From Nitrosopumilus sp. (GTDB lineage Archaea; Thermoproteota; Nitrososphaeria; Nitrososphaerales; Nitrosopumilaceae), in NCBI GenBank assembly GCA_963662625.1, contig OY759726.1, forward strand, positions 1,760,001 to 1,824,000: a stretch of DNA of 64,000 nucleotides, written 5' to 3'. Below the pieces are notes generated by a model. That model ran no database searches and was not told the DNA's origin. It was given only the letters and a program-made list of their open reading frames with translations. Below are positions 1 to 9,602 of this stretch, piece after piece; positions within the stretch are counted from its first letter, which is position 1; every line of letters begins with the position of its first letter. A program made the translations under genes and the position numbers.

Positions 1-968
1 CCCGTGTCGGGCCGTCCCCCGTTCCACCGCAGCTCCGCGCCCCGGAACCTGCCGTTGTACAGGTCCGACAGCGTGCACGCGCTCTCGGAGTTCACCACCG
101 CGATCCTCGGCACCTTCTTGATCCACCCCCACTCGTGCAGCTCCATCAGGGCCTTGCCGCAGCTCGACGTGTTGCCCAGCGCCCCGCCGGGGTACACTAT
201 CCAGTCGGGCGGCTCCCACCTCAGGTGCTCGAGGGCCCTGTACGGGATCGCCTTCTGCCCCTCGATCCTGAACGGGTTCACGGAGTTCACGGTGTAGCCG
301 CCGCCTTCCCCCGCGTCGCCCAGCGACTGCTTCAGCGCGTCGTCGAAGTTGCCGTCCACCTCCACGATCTGCGTGCCGAACTGGTACGCCTGGCTGAGCT
401 TCCCCGGCGCGATCTGCCCGGACGGTATGTAGACGTCGCACTCCATCCCCTCGTTTGCCGCGAACATGCCGGCAGACGCGGACGTGTTCCCGGTCGAGGC
501 GCAGATTATCTTTTTCGCGCCTACCATCTTGGCGTGCGTCACGGCCGTCGCCATCCCGTTGTCCTTGAAGGAGCCGCTCGGGTTGTAGCCCTCGGGCTGC
601 AGCCACAGGTTCGCGTTGGGCATCCCAGCGAACTCGGACACCCGGGTCATGTGGTACGGCTTCGACAGCCGCCCCTCTGCCCCGTCAAGCGACACGAGGA
701 ACCTCGAGCACTGGTCCGCGTCCCCGGTGTCGATCTGGCAGAAGTTCAGGAGCTCCCTGAACCTCCACACCCCGCTCTCGTTGAAGATGCTGCCCTGCGG
801 GTTCCTCCTCCTGTAGAACAGCTCCTTCAGCGACGCGGGGGGCGAGTCCCGGTACCTCACGTCGAGCAGGTGGCCGCGCTCGCAGGCCAGGCGGGTGCTG
901 GCGATCGGGTATTCCATGCCGCACCGCGCGCCGATGCACTTCAGATATGCCCCGTCTTGCAATGGCAT
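1..968 (-). CDS. thrC: Threonine synthase (3' end runs off window)
   Basis: Minus-strand frame from ATG 968 reads MPLQDGAYLKCIG...EGYNPSGSFKDNGM...CASTGNTSASA...VNSVNPFRIEGQK; PLP fold-II lysine motif. Absent from the ORF track because there is no stop in the window. Confidence 0.93.
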   Translation of the reverse strand, partial: MPLQDGAYLKCIGARCGMEYPIASTRLACERGHLLDVRYRDSPPASLKELFYRRRNPQGSIFNESGVWRFRELLNFCQIDTGDADQCSRFLVSLDGAEGRLSKPYHMTRVSEFAGMPNANLWLQPEGYNPSGSFKDNGMATAVTHAKMVGAKKIICASTGNTSASAGMFAANEGMECDVYIPSGQIAPGKLSQAYQFGTQIVEVDGNFDDALKQSLGDAGEGGGYTVNSVNPFRIEGQKAIPYRALEHLRWEPPDWIVYPGGALGNTSSCGKALMELHEWGWIKKVPRIAVVNSESACTLSDLYNGRFRGAELRWNGGRPDT

Positions 969-1043
969 CTGGGGGGGCCCGCGATATTTTAAGCTAAGAG
1001 TCTCCCCCCAAACTTTTAGATTGGCAGCCGCGGCACTGGGATC

Positions 1044-1418
1044 ATGGTGACCTACGACGAGTACCTCAGGGGGATCCTGGAGAGGGTCATGGAGTCCCAC
1101 GGGGCGCTGTCAGGCATGGGCGACAGGCCGGGCGACCTGGAGGCCATGAGGGTGGAGCTGCTGAAGATCAGGGGGTTCTTCCACGTCCTGGCTCACAAGA
1201 TCGACGCCGGGAAGTACCCCTCGATCGACGTGGCGGGGCTCCAGTCGCGGGCAGCGTCGTACCTGGAGTCGTACGACTTTGAGAAGGAGATGGACAGGCT
1301 GTCCCCGCTGTACGCAGACGACCCGAGCAGGCTCAGGAACCTCCGGCTTACGATACTGGACTCCCTCGACGACAGGAGGCTCATGGAATATATCTCCGAG
1401 GTGGCGGAGGGCCTGTAG
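1044..1418 (+). CDS. Hypothetical protein (124 aa, helical)
   Basis: Protein-like composition, GC-ending codons, divergent from thrC across an AT-rich spacer. Confidence 0.8.
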   Translation: MVTYDEYLRGILERVMESHGALSGMGDRPGDLEAMRVELLKIRGFFHVLAHKIDAGKYPSIDVAGLQSRAASYLESYDFEKEMDRLSPLYADDPSRLRNLRLTILDSLDDRRLMEYISEVAEGL

Positions 1419-1535
1419 ATGGGACGGCGCGGGGGATGCGTGCTGTGCGGCTGCCGGGATCACCGCCTGCTGGGCTGCGCAAGGCACGCGGCAAAGAGGT
1501 GCAGCTGCTTTAGGGAGTGAGGCCGGACCGGGCGG

Positions 1536-1652
1536 TCACCTTGACTTTGGGCCCGACCTCACGTGGAAGTTCAGGCAGCACCGGCACTCGTTGGAGATGC
1601 ACTCGGATTCCCGGTGGTGACCGCATATGCCGCACTCGCAACTCCTGGCCAT
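1536..1652 (-). CDS. Small Cys/His-rich protein (38 aa, metallothionein-like)
   Basis: MARSCECGICGHHRESECISNECRCCLNFHVRSGPKSR*; TTATAT box ~25 nt upstream of ATG; below ORF-track cutoff. Confidence 0.65.
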   Translation of the reverse strand: MARSCECGICGHHRESECISNECRCCLNFHVRSGPKSR

Positions 1653-1721
1653 GTGGATGGTTGCAGCCATTACCATATAACTAGTAGCGAAAATTTATCT
1701 GATCTGCATGTCAAATGGGGG

Positions 1722-2039
1722 TTATTTGCCTGACCTGGCCTTCCTTGAGGGCTTTTCGGCCCGCCCGACGAGCTCCCTTTCCACCGCGGCCTTGTCCTCC
1801 ACCACCTTGATTATCTCCTGTATCAGGCCGTCGAGGTCGCCGTCCGACGCCGCCGGCTCCACGGCCGTGGCGATGTCGTTTATGGTGCCGGATATCTCCG
1901 AGCTCACCTCCTCGAAGCTCTCCGGGTCCTCGTACGCTGCGTTGTAGAGCGCCTTGAGGTGGTTCACCTGGATTACCACCTGGTCGGTCAGCGTCAGCCG
2001 GAACTCCGTCCCGTTGACCTCTATGAGTTTCGAGATCAT
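1722..2039 (-). CDS. Hypothetical protein (105 aa)
   Basis: Protein-like composition; TTTTAA box ~25 nt upstream. Confidence 0.8.
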   Translation of the reverse strand: MISKLIEVNGTEFRLTLTDQVVIQVNHLKALYNAAYEDPESFEEVSSEISGTINDIATAVEPAASDGDLDGLIQEIIKVVEDKAAVERELVGRAEKPSRKARSGK

Positions 2040-2146
2040 GTTTGAGATTTCAGGCTATAGCCCTTAAAAGGTTTCTAGCAAACCGGCGCGGCGCCGCCGC
2101 GCGGCGGCCGGTCCCGGCCGGGCGATCCCCCGGCGCTCCGGCCCCG

Positions 2147-2620
2147 CTAGAACACGATGTAGTCCAGCGCGGACGCGTCGCTGATCAGCGACGTGTGCCT
2201 CGAGCCCACGACGTAGCCGTTTTTGATGTCGGTTGCGGGCACCCACCTGTTGGTAGACGTGTAGTGCCTCTTCTCCGCAAGCTCCCGCTCTATGGCCTCT
2301 ATGTCGAACTCGCCCTCCTCCACCTCCTGCGTGGCGAGGTGCTTTATGGTCACCAGTATCTTCGTGACCTTTACGCGGTCGCCGAACTTCCACTTTATGG
2401 GGGGCACCTCGTCGGAGACCTCCAGCACCTTGATCTTCATCTGCTTGTTGCCAAACGCGTCGTGGCTCACCAGCGTGCGCTCGTCCGTGAACTCCTCGAA
2501 GCTTATCCGGGAGCCGGAGCGCGGCTCGGATTCCGAGACGGCCTCCAGGAGGGACTCGCTGCTCGGCTCGTCCTGCGGCAGCTCGGACTCGGCTTGCTCG
2601 GGCGACTTTTCGCTGTCCAC
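2147..2620 (-). CDS. Hypothetical protein (157 aa)
   Basis: Acidic N-terminus, globular C-terminus, codon bias as in neighbours. Confidence 0.8.
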   Translation of the reverse strand: MDSEKSPEQAESELPQDEPSSESLLEAVSESEPRSGSRISFEEFTDERTLVSHDAFGNKQMKIKVLEVSDEVPPIKWKFGDRVKVTKILVTIKHLATQEVEEGEFDIEAIERELAEKRHYTSTNRWVPATDIKNGYVVGSRHTSLISDASALDYIVF

Positions 2621-2649
2621 GGGTACCGTGCGTCGCCATCACTAAAAAA

Positions 2650-3174
2650 TCATTTGCTGCGCCTTGCCGCGGGCCGCCTCGTCTCGAACGGCATCTCCTG
2701 ATCCTCGAGGTCCAGCTCGGTCTTCTCGCCGTCGACCCTCGTGAACACCCTCCCCTCGTACGTGCAGTAACAGTCCGCCGGGGGCCGCCCCCCGTCCCAC
2801 GCCTTGAAGAACTCCCTCAGCTCCCTGCTCTCGTACACGCCGATCCCCAGCCGCTTCTTCGAGAGGAACTTGAACGCGAGGACGACGCGGCGCCTCCTGT
2901 AGAGGCCGAACGTGTCGATCCAGTCCTGGCACCTCCTGATCTGGTCTGCCGGCACCGGGAGGGACGTCGCCGTGCCGGACTTTGCCTCTATGGCGAACAT
3001 GGCCTTCCGGGCCGTGCTCACGGCAAGCACGTCGGGCAGCCCCGTGGTCGGGGATCCCAGCCTGAACGCCCTCCAGTTCCCCGCGGAGTTGAACCGCTTG
3101 ACGATTGCGTCCTCCCACTGGTACCCCCTCTGCCTCCTGGTCCTGGAGGCCTTCCTGTTGTCCTTCTCCGCCAT
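2650..3174 (-). CDS. Hjc-like PD-(D/E)xK nuclease / Holliday junction resolvase family
   Basis: RGYQWE...GLPDVLAV...AIEAKS motifs; start uncertain (3174 or 3207). Confidence 0.8.
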   Translation of the reverse strand: MAEKDNRKASRTRRQRGYQWEDAIVKRFNSAGNWRAFRLGSPTTGLPDVLAVSTARKAMFAIEAKSGTATSLPVPADQIRRCQDWIDTFGLYRRRRVVLAFKFLSKKRLGIGVYESRELREFFKAWDGGRPPADCYCTYEGRVFTRVDGEKTELDLEDQEMPFETRRPAARRSK

Positions 3175-3363
3175 GGCCACCCCGGCCACCGCGATCGCGT
3201 TCCCCATGGTCTGGTGCGCATCCCGCCCGTTTAGTAGGGTTGGTAATTACACTATGACCGGGGCGCCTGCCACCCCGCGGCGCCGCGCCCGCCAGCTAGG
3301 GTTTTATGCGCGCTGCCCGGCGTGTTATGCATGGCCCTGGGAGGTGGCGTCGGCGTCCGCGGG

Positions 3364-4185
3364 ATGGCCGAGAGGCTCGTCTCGCTGAAGCGGGAGTTTG
3401 CCGGCTCCTACTCGGGGGGCAGCCACATACAGGAGATCCTCCCGAAGACCCGGGGCGACTTTCCGATCGACGGCGGGCACCTGGCGTCCCTGCACCGCTT
3501 CGCCGAACGCAACCCCATATACCACGGCTCCTACGAGCAGGAGGTGTCGGGATCCGCGTGCGTCGTGTACGAGGGGGACATCAGCGGGTACTGGCTGGGC
3601 AGCATCAAGCACGGCTCCAGCTGCCAGCCGTTCTACCCGACGTGGATCCTCTCGGCGTACGTCGTGGCGGCGCGCGCGAGCTCCCTCGGCTGCCGCCGGC
3701 TGGTGGACATCGGCTCGGGCGACGGCAGGATCGCGTACTGCGGGGCGCTGCTCGGGCTCGACTCGCACAGCATAGAGATCGACGGCGACCTGGTCGGGCT
3801 GCAGTCGTCCATGGCGGATCCGTCCGGCCCGGCATTCAGGCCCGTCTGCGCCGACGCGACGGCCTTCGACTATTCGGCCATCGGCCCGGGCCCCTCGGCG
3901 TTCGTCATCGGGGGCCTGCCGCAGATGGGCGGGGACATCCTCGCGGACTCCGTCGTGGGAAGCGTCCTCCGGGGGGGCCCGCGCGGGAGGGACGCCACCT
4001 TCGTCCTCGCTGGGTCCCACGCCAGGAGGCCGCTTGCGGGGGGAGGCTGGGACGGCGGGGACGGCGGGTGGGGGCCGCTGATCAGGAAGCGCGGCCTGAG
4101 GGTGTCAGACACCGTCGTCCTCCCCACCGTCTGGACCTTCGACCAGGACTCCGACACCCCGTACATCTTCGCCAGGCCCGCCTAG
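3364..4185 (+). CDS. Class I SAM-dependent methyltransferase-like protein
   Basis: LVDIGSGDGRI motif I, SIEID motif II, CADA. Confidence 0.75.
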   Translation: MAERLVSLKREFAGSYSGGSHIQEILPKTRGDFPIDGGHLASLHRFAERNPIYHGSYEQEVSGSACVVYEGDISGYWLGSIKHGSSCQPFYPTWILSAYVVAARASSLGCRRLVDIGSGDGRIAYCGALLGLDSHSIEIDGDLVGLQSSMADPSGPAFRPVCADATAFDYSAIGPGPSAFVIGGLPQMGGDILADSVVGSVLRGGPRGRDATFVLAGSHARRPLAGGGWDGGDGGWGPLIRKRGLRVSDTVVLPTVWTFDQDSDTPYIFARPA

Positions 4186-4497
4186 CACGCGCACCTCGAA
4201 GAAGCACTTCCCGTCCCTGATCCCGCACCTCTCAAGCTCCACCCTGCTGCCCCTGGCGGGGGTGCCCGACGCCACGCCGCAGAGGATCCGGAACGAGCCG
4301 CCCATGTCGGCGACGCAGAAGTACCGCCCGTCCTGCCTCGAGAACTCCAGGACGGTCCCCTCGCGGGGCGCGTCCTCCCACGCCGCCGGCCGCAGGCACC
4401 TGCCGCAAAAGTCCGACGGCGGCCACGCCACGGCGCCGCACTCGGGGCACCTGGGCACGACGAGCCTCCCCCTCTCCAGCTCGGACTCGAAGGTCAT
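4105..4497 (-). CDS. DUF35/ChsH2-type Zn-ribbon OB-fold protein (thiolase partner)
   Basis: MTFESELERGRLVVPRCPECG..WPP..FCGRC; ATGA overlap with thiolase stop. Confidence 0.85.
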   Translation of the reverse strand: MTFESELERGRLVVPRCPECGAVAWPPSDFCGRCLRPAAWEDAPREGTVLEFSRQDGRYFCVADMGGSFRILCGVASGTPARGSRVELERCGIRDGKCFFEVRVLGGPGEDVRGVGVLVEGPDGGEDDGV

Positions 4498-5603
4498 CGC
4501 TCCAGCACCAGCACCGTCGACGACGTCGCGGCGGCCGCCATGTTGTGCACCAGGCCCACCCGCGGGCCGTCCACCTGGCGCCGTCCGGCCTCCCCCCGCA
4601 GCTGCCGCGCCACCTCCACGGCCTGGGCGATCCCCGTCGCCCCCAGCGGGTGGCCCGAGCCTATCAGCCCGCCCCTCGGGTTGATCCTGCGGTCCCCGGT
4701 CTCGTACAGCTCCCTGGCAAGCGCCGCGCCTCGCCCCTCCCCGGCAAGGCCCATGGACTCCAGCGCCATGGGCTCGCACACGGAGAACGCGTCGTGCACC
4801 TCGGCCACGCCGACGTCCCCCGGGGCGCGGCCCGACATGCGCAGCGCGTCACGCGCCGCGATCCCGGCTGACTCTATCGAGTCGAACGCCGCGCTGCCCG
4901 CGAAGGCGGCGGAGGTAGTCTTCTGCCCGATCCCGGTCACCCACACCGGGACGTCGGTTATCTCCCCAGCCCTCTCCTCTGACGCGAGCAGCACCGACGC
5001 GCCGCCGGTGCACGGCCTGGAGCAGTCGAGCAGCCTGACGTCGTCGGTGAGCCTCCTGGAGCCGAGCACGTCGCCCGCGGTGCACGGCCTCCCCGGCAGC
5101 GCGTGCGGGTTGTCGGCCGCCTGCCGGCGGTTCTTCACCGGCACCATGGCCAGGTCCTCGTCGGTGACCGAGTGCCTCCTCTTGTACGCGCTGGTGAATA
5201 TGGATGCCCAGTACACCGGGTGCCGGAACTCGCCCCGGGAGTCGTCCCAGTCCAGCACCCGGCCCGGGCAGTCGTGCCTGTCGGCGCCCGAGACCAGGGC
5301 CACGTCGGCTAGCCCGGAGGCGACGTGCGAGTACGCCGAGACCAGCGCGCTCGTCCCCGAGCTGCACATGCTCTCCACGGAGTGCGCCATGCGCGGCCGA
5401 ATCCCGAGCTTCTCCGAGAGTATCTGGGAGAGGTACTTTGAGTCGCTGTTGGTCGACACCACCACGGAGTCCACGGCGTCCCTGCCGGCGCCGCCGCACG
5501 ATCCGAGGAGGTCCCTGGCCGACTCTGCCAGGACGGACTCCACCGGCGCGTCGTCCATCGAGAACCCCGCCATGCCGCAGGCGGCGACGGCTACCCTCCT
5601 CAT
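4494..5603 (-). CDS. Thiolase family (SCP2/archaeal type) acetyl-CoA acetyltransferase
   Basis: VESMCSSG, AEVHDAF, INPRGGLIGSGHPLGATG motifs. Confidence 0.92.
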   Translation of the reverse strand: MRRVAVAACGMAGFSMDDAPVESVLAESARDLLGSCGGAGRDAVDSVVVSTNSDSKYLSQILSEKLGIRPRMAHSVESMCSSGTSALVSAYSHVASGLADVALVSGADRHDCPGRVLDWDDSRGEFRHPVYWASIFTSAYKRRHSVTDEDLAMVPVKNRRQAADNPHALPGRPCTAGDVLGSRRLTDDVRLLDCSRPCTGGASVLLASEERAGEITDVPVWVTGIGQKTTSAAFAGSAAFDSIESAGIAARDALRMSGRAPGDVGVAEVHDAFSVCEPMALESMGLAGEGRGAALARELYETGDRRINPRGGLIGSGHPLGATGIAQAVEVARQLRGEAGRRQVDGPRVGLVHNMAAAATSSTVLVLER

Positions 5604-6577
5604 CCCCCCTCCGCAAACGTCCGCACTAGCAGCCCGAACGACTCCCCCACGTCCCCCACAGGGTTGAACTGGATTATCGGCATGTCGACGCCTGCCTCGC
5701 GGAACGCGCCGAGCCTCTCCCTGCACTCGCGCGGGGTGCCGGCTATGGCAAGCGCGTCCACCATCTCGTCGGTGACCATCTCGTGGTTGGAGGCCAGCCC
5801 GGACTCCCTGAACCCCCCGTAGATGGCCCCCGTCTCGGCCGCAAAGCCGTTCCTGGAGAGGAACTCCCTGTAGACCTTCCCCACGGACACGTAGAACGCC
5901 AGCGTCTTCTTCGCCCTGAGCACGGCCGCGTCCCTGTCGCGCGAGACGCACGTGATCAGCTGGCACGCCACGTCGATCCTCCGGCCCCGCTGCATGCGCG
6001 CGACGGTCCTCCTGATCTCGCCTACCGGCCGCAGGTAGAAGATCACGCCGTCCGCGACGTCCCATGCCAGGTCCACCATCCTCCTGTTCACGGCCGCCAG
6101 GTACACCGGGATCTCGCGCCTGTACGGCCTTATCAGCAGCGAGAAGCCCTTCAGCCTGAAGATGTCCCCCGAGTAGTTCGCCTTCCCCGTCGAGAGCACC
6201 GTCCTGACTATCTCGACGTACTCCCTCACCCGCCGCACGGGATCCTCGAACCGGTACCCGTGAAAGTCCTCCACTATGGGCACGCTGCTGGACCCCAGCC
6301 CCAGCACGAGCCGCCCGCGCGACAGCGTGTCCAGCGTGGCGGCCCCCATGGCCACGGCCGCCGGGCTGCGCGAGTACACGTTTACTATGGACGAGCCGAT
6401 CCTGCTGGTCCGGTTGGCCTGCGATATGGCGCCGAGCATGGAGAAGTTCTCCATCCCCCACGTCTCCGGGACCCACACCGTGTCGGCGCCAGCCCCCGAG
6501 AGCGCCCCGGCGCACTCGAGCACCTCGTCCACCGAGAGGAGCGAGCCCAGGCTGTATCCTAGCCGCATGCGTTCCAT
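5600..6577 (-). CDS. LLM-class (luciferase-like, probably F420-dependent) oxidoreductase
   Basis: VWVPE, RSPAAVAMGAATLDTLSRGRLVLGLG, ADGVI motifs; ATGA-coupled to thiolase. Confidence 0.9.
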   Translation of the reverse strand: MERMRLGYSLGSLLSVDEVLECAGALSGAGADTVWVPETWGMENFSMLGAISQANRTSRIGSSIVNVYSRSPAAVAMGAATLDTLSRGRLVLGLGSSSVPIVEDFHGYRFEDPVRRVREYVEIVRTVLSTGKANYSGDIFRLKGFSLLIRPYRREIPVYLAAVNRRMVDLAWDVADGVIFYLRPVGEIRRTVARMQRGRRIDVACQLITCVSRDRDAAVLRAKKTLAFYVSVGKVYREFLSRNGFAAETGAIYGGFRESGLASNHEMVTDEMVDALAIAGTPRECRERLGAFREAGVDMPIIQFNPVGDVGESFGLLVRTFAEGG

Positions 6578-6644
6578 GCCACCGCCGCATATTCTAGTGT
6601 ATCTCTTATTAGCTCCGTGTGAATTATGGTTGAGGCCGGGTGTT

Positions 6645-6818
6645 ATGAGACCCGCCGGCGAGGGAAGGCCGTTGAGCAACCAAGTTTGCGCGGGGACCGC
6701 CGCGGGGAACTGCGAGTTCTGGGGCCGCGCCGCGGCGTACGCGAGGGCGGGCCGGGACGAGCCGTTCGTGAGCGAGCTGGCGTACGTGATGGTCACCCTG
6801 TACAGGTCCAGCGCGTAG
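6645..6818 (+). CDS. Possible small protein (57 aa)
   Basis: C-terminus DEPFVSELAYVMVTLYRSSA has coding-like codon use and fills an intergenic gap; start uncertain. Confidence 0.4.
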   Translation: MRPAGEGRPLSNQVCAGTAAGNCEFWGRAAAYARAGRDEPFVSELAYVMVTLYRSSA

Positions 6819-6829
6819 CCTGCGCGGCG

Positions 6830-7495
6830 CTACGGCTCCCGGCCGGCGAGATCCGCCGAGCACTCCTCGACGTCCTTGAACGAGTCTATAGAGTGCCACA
6901 TGGCGTCGGGGAACTCCACGGCGTTCAGCATCCCGCGCGAGGCATAGTCCGGGAACAGCGTCTTCTCCAGGTCTCCCTTCCTAGGCATGTCGGCCAGCGA
7001 CCCCCTCTCCAGGCAGTACACCCCCGCGTTCATCCACGTGCCGGGGACGCTCCCCTTCTCCCTGAACCCCGCGACCCTGCCGCCGCTCACGTCCATGATC
7101 CCGAACTTCGTGCGGAGCGGTATCGTGGCGACGGAGTTGGGCGCGCGCGCCAGCCGTCCCAGGTCCATGTCGGTCACGACGTCCCCGTTCATCACCAGGA
7201 ACGCCTTCCCCGTGATCATCGGGGCCACCTTCCTGACTGCCCCCCCGGTCCCCAGCGGGGTCCCCTCGCGGGACACCACGACCCCGCGGATCCCCCTCCT
7301 GTCCAGAAAGTCCGATATCATCTCGGACTTGTACCCGGTGCACACTATGATGTCCCGGATGCCGCTGCCGCGCAGGTAGCCTATCTGCCACTCTATGATC
7401 GGCGCGTTGTTTATGGGGACCAGGGGCTTTGGGACGTAGTCGGTGACCGGGCGCAGGCGCTTGCCCCTGCCGCCGGCCAGGATCACTGCCTTCAC
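6830..7495 (-). CDS. Sugar-phosphate nucleotidyltransferase (NTP_transferase)
   Basis: KAVILAGGRGKRLRPVTDYVPKPL, LGTGG, NGD motifs. Confidence 0.93.
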   Translation of the reverse strand: MKAVILAGGRGKRLRPVTDYVPKPLVPINNAPIIEWQIGYLRGSGIRDIIVCTGYKSEMISDFLDRRGIRGVVVSREGTPLGTGGAVRKVAPMITGKAFLVMNGDVVTDMDLGRLARAPNSVATIPLRTKFGIMDVSGGRVAGFREKGSVPGTWMNAGVYCLERGSLADMPRKGDLEKTLFPDYASRGMLNAVEFPDAMWHSIDSFKDVEECSADLAGREP

Positions 7496-7628
7496 GGGTT
7501 CTCCTCGCACCCGTCACAATAAAAATAAACCTACGGGCCCGCGCCACGCCGGCGGGGAGGGGGGACTCCAACCAGCCGTGGCGCGTCGTCCCGCGGAGCG
7601 CCGCGCGCGGCGTCCCGCGGGAGGCCCC

Positions 7629-7763
7629 TCACCGGTCCCCGTCCCCCTCGGTCAGGTAGTAGTGCAGCTCGGTGTAGCATTCCTTGCAGTACCCCTCGTA
7701 GCCGGTGTGGTCGCAGTCGTAGACCCTCTTGGATTCAGAGCCGCACTTGGCGCAGTCGGGCAT
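7629..7763 (-). CDS. Small zinc-finger-like protein (44 aa)
   Basis: MPDCAKCGSESKRVYDCDHTGYEGYCKECYTELHYYLTEGDGDR*; CxxC/CxH/CxxC. Confidence 0.7.
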   Translation of the reverse strand: MPDCAKCGSESKRVYDCDHTGYEGYCKECYTELHYYLTEGDGDR

Positions 7764-7775
7764 GCACTGGCTGGG

Positions 7776-8171
7776 TCACGCCGATTTTTTTAGTTTTATG
7801 GCCCCCAGTCCGACCTGGACCGCCCCGGCTGCCAGCAGCGGGATCGCCTCGGCCACCGCGTCGCGGCCGGACTCGGCGGCCTCGGCCGGGGCGGCGGTGC
7901 CCACCACCGCCGCGCCGCCCGCCATTATCAGTATCCCGGAGGCGACGATCAGCGCCCCGAGCCCCAGCGACGGCTCTTTCCTCGCGATCGCGAACGCTAT
8001 GAACGGCAGCACCAGCGCCGGCATGCCCAGCCCCAGCCCGCGCGCCATGTGGTCGAACGGCAGGAACCCCTGGCCGTCCTCGTTGCCGTACCCGGCGGCC
8101 ACGTCGGCGCCGTAGACGAGCAGCAAGCCCACTGCGATCCCCGCGAGCACCAGGGCCACTGCCAAAGCCAT
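7776..8171 (-). CDS. Membrane protein (about 4 TM)
   Basis: Four hydrophobic segments. Confidence 0.8.
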   Translation of the reverse strand: MALAVALVLAGIAVGLLLVYGADVAAGYGNEDGQGFLPFDHMARGLGLGMPALVLPFIAFAIARKEPSLGLGALIVASGILIMAGGAAVVGTAAPAEAAESGRDAVAEAIPLLAAGAVQVGLGAIKLKKSA

Positions 8172-8354
8172 GGGTTGGGTTTTTCCAAGACAACTAATAA
8201 ACCATTGTGGATCCCTGCGGCACGCCGCCGGATCGGGTCCAGGCAGGCTTGCGCAGGCAGCCCACGGGCCCCGATCGCCGCGCCTTGATCCGGCTGAGGC
8301 CGCGGCCCTGCGCGGGGATCCCCGGCAGGGCGCCCTGGGGGCGGCGCGGCCATG

Positions 8355-9500
8355 CTAGGTCCCGGGCCGCGGCACGGATCTGCCACTGAGCGCGGACGCC
8401 CTCTCAAGCAGTTGGCCGACGGTCTGGCCGTCCCTTCCCACGATGTTGTAGTGGCCGAGCTTCCTAAGGGGCTTTGAGACCCGCTTGCCGTACATCTTCA
8501 GGAACACGCCCGGCTCGTCGAGCACGGGCCCCTCGTACTCCCCCTCGAACCCCTCCGGGCCCAGTATGTTGCACATGACCGTGGGGCGGTTCAGCCGCGT
8601 GCTTCCAAGTTCCATCCCAAGTATCGCCCGGAGGTGCTGCTCGAACTGCGACGTCTCGCTTGACTGCAGCGTGTGGTGCCCGGAGTTGTGGACCCTGGGG
8701 GCGATCTCGTTGATCAGGATCTCGTCGCCGCCCGTCACGAACATCTCTATGCCGAAGACGCCGGCCCCCTTCAGCAGCCCCATGGTGTCCTCAGCTATCC
8801 TCTCCGCCTTTGCCGCGACGGCGCCCGTGACCCTGGCGGGGGCTATCGTCTGGCGGAGTATGTTCTCCTCGTGGACGTTTTCCACCAGCGGGAACGTCCT
8901 GATCTCGCCCCCGGTCCCGCGCGCCGCGATGACGGACACCTCCATCTTGAATGGGACGAGGCGCTCCAGCATGAGGCCCCTTCCCCCGAGCCGGTCGTAC
9001 GCCTCGCCGGCGCCGCCGGGCGAGAGGATCTTGAAGTTCCCCCTCCCGTCATACGCGTCCCGCCTCGCCTTCAGCAGCGACGGGGTGCCGAACCTCCCAA
9101 GGCCGGCCTTCAGTCCGTCCAGGGACTCGATCCTGGCAAACTCCGGCACCGGCAGGCCGTTCTCCGCCAGGAACGACTTTTGCAGGAACTTGTCCTGGAT
9201 TATCCTGAGGGTCCCGGGCGACGGGCTGACCCGGGCCCTGTCCTGGACGGACTCGAGTATCCCGCTGTCTCCGGACTCGATCTCGTACGTGATGATGTCC
9301 GACCTCTCGGCCAGTTCCACGATCGCGTCCTCCTGCCTGAAGCCCGCGACGATCTGCTCCGCGCCCTTCTGGGCGGCGGGGCACCCCTCGGTCGGATCCA
9401 GCACGATGACCTTGGACACCTCCCCCGGCATCCGCATGGCGGCCTCGGTCAGCATCATGCCCAGCTGGCCCCCGCCAATTATGCCCAGCGCCCTTCCCAT
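8355..9500 (-). CDS. purK: N5-carboxyaminoimidazole ribonucleotide synthase
   Basis: GIIGGGQLG, YDGRGN, NEIAPRVHNSGH, RKLGH. Confidence 0.97.
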   Translation of the reverse strand: MGRALGIIGGGQLGMMLTEAAMRMPGEVSKVIVLDPTEGCPAAQKGAEQIVAGFRQEDAIVELAERSDIITYEIESGDSGILESVQDRARVSPSPGTLRIIQDKFLQKSFLAENGLPVPEFARIESLDGLKAGLGRFGTPSLLKARRDAYDGRGNFKILSPGGAGEAYDRLGGRGLMLERLVPFKMEVSVIAARGTGGEIRTFPLVENVHEENILRQTIAPARVTGAVAAKAERIAEDTMGLLKGAGVFGIEMFVTGGDEILINEIAPRVHNSGHHTLQSSETSQFEQHLRAILGMELGSTRLNRPTVMCNILGPEGFEGEYEGPVLDEPGVFLKMYGKRVSKPLRKLGHYNIVGRDGQTVGQLLERASALSGRSVPRPGT

Positions 9501-9602
9501 CGGATACTAGGCGCGGCGTGGATAAAAATACCTACTGCCGCGCGGGGGCGCCAGCGGGGCGGCCCCGGTATAGATAATAACGTGCTGCGTTTTTTCAGTG
9601 TG

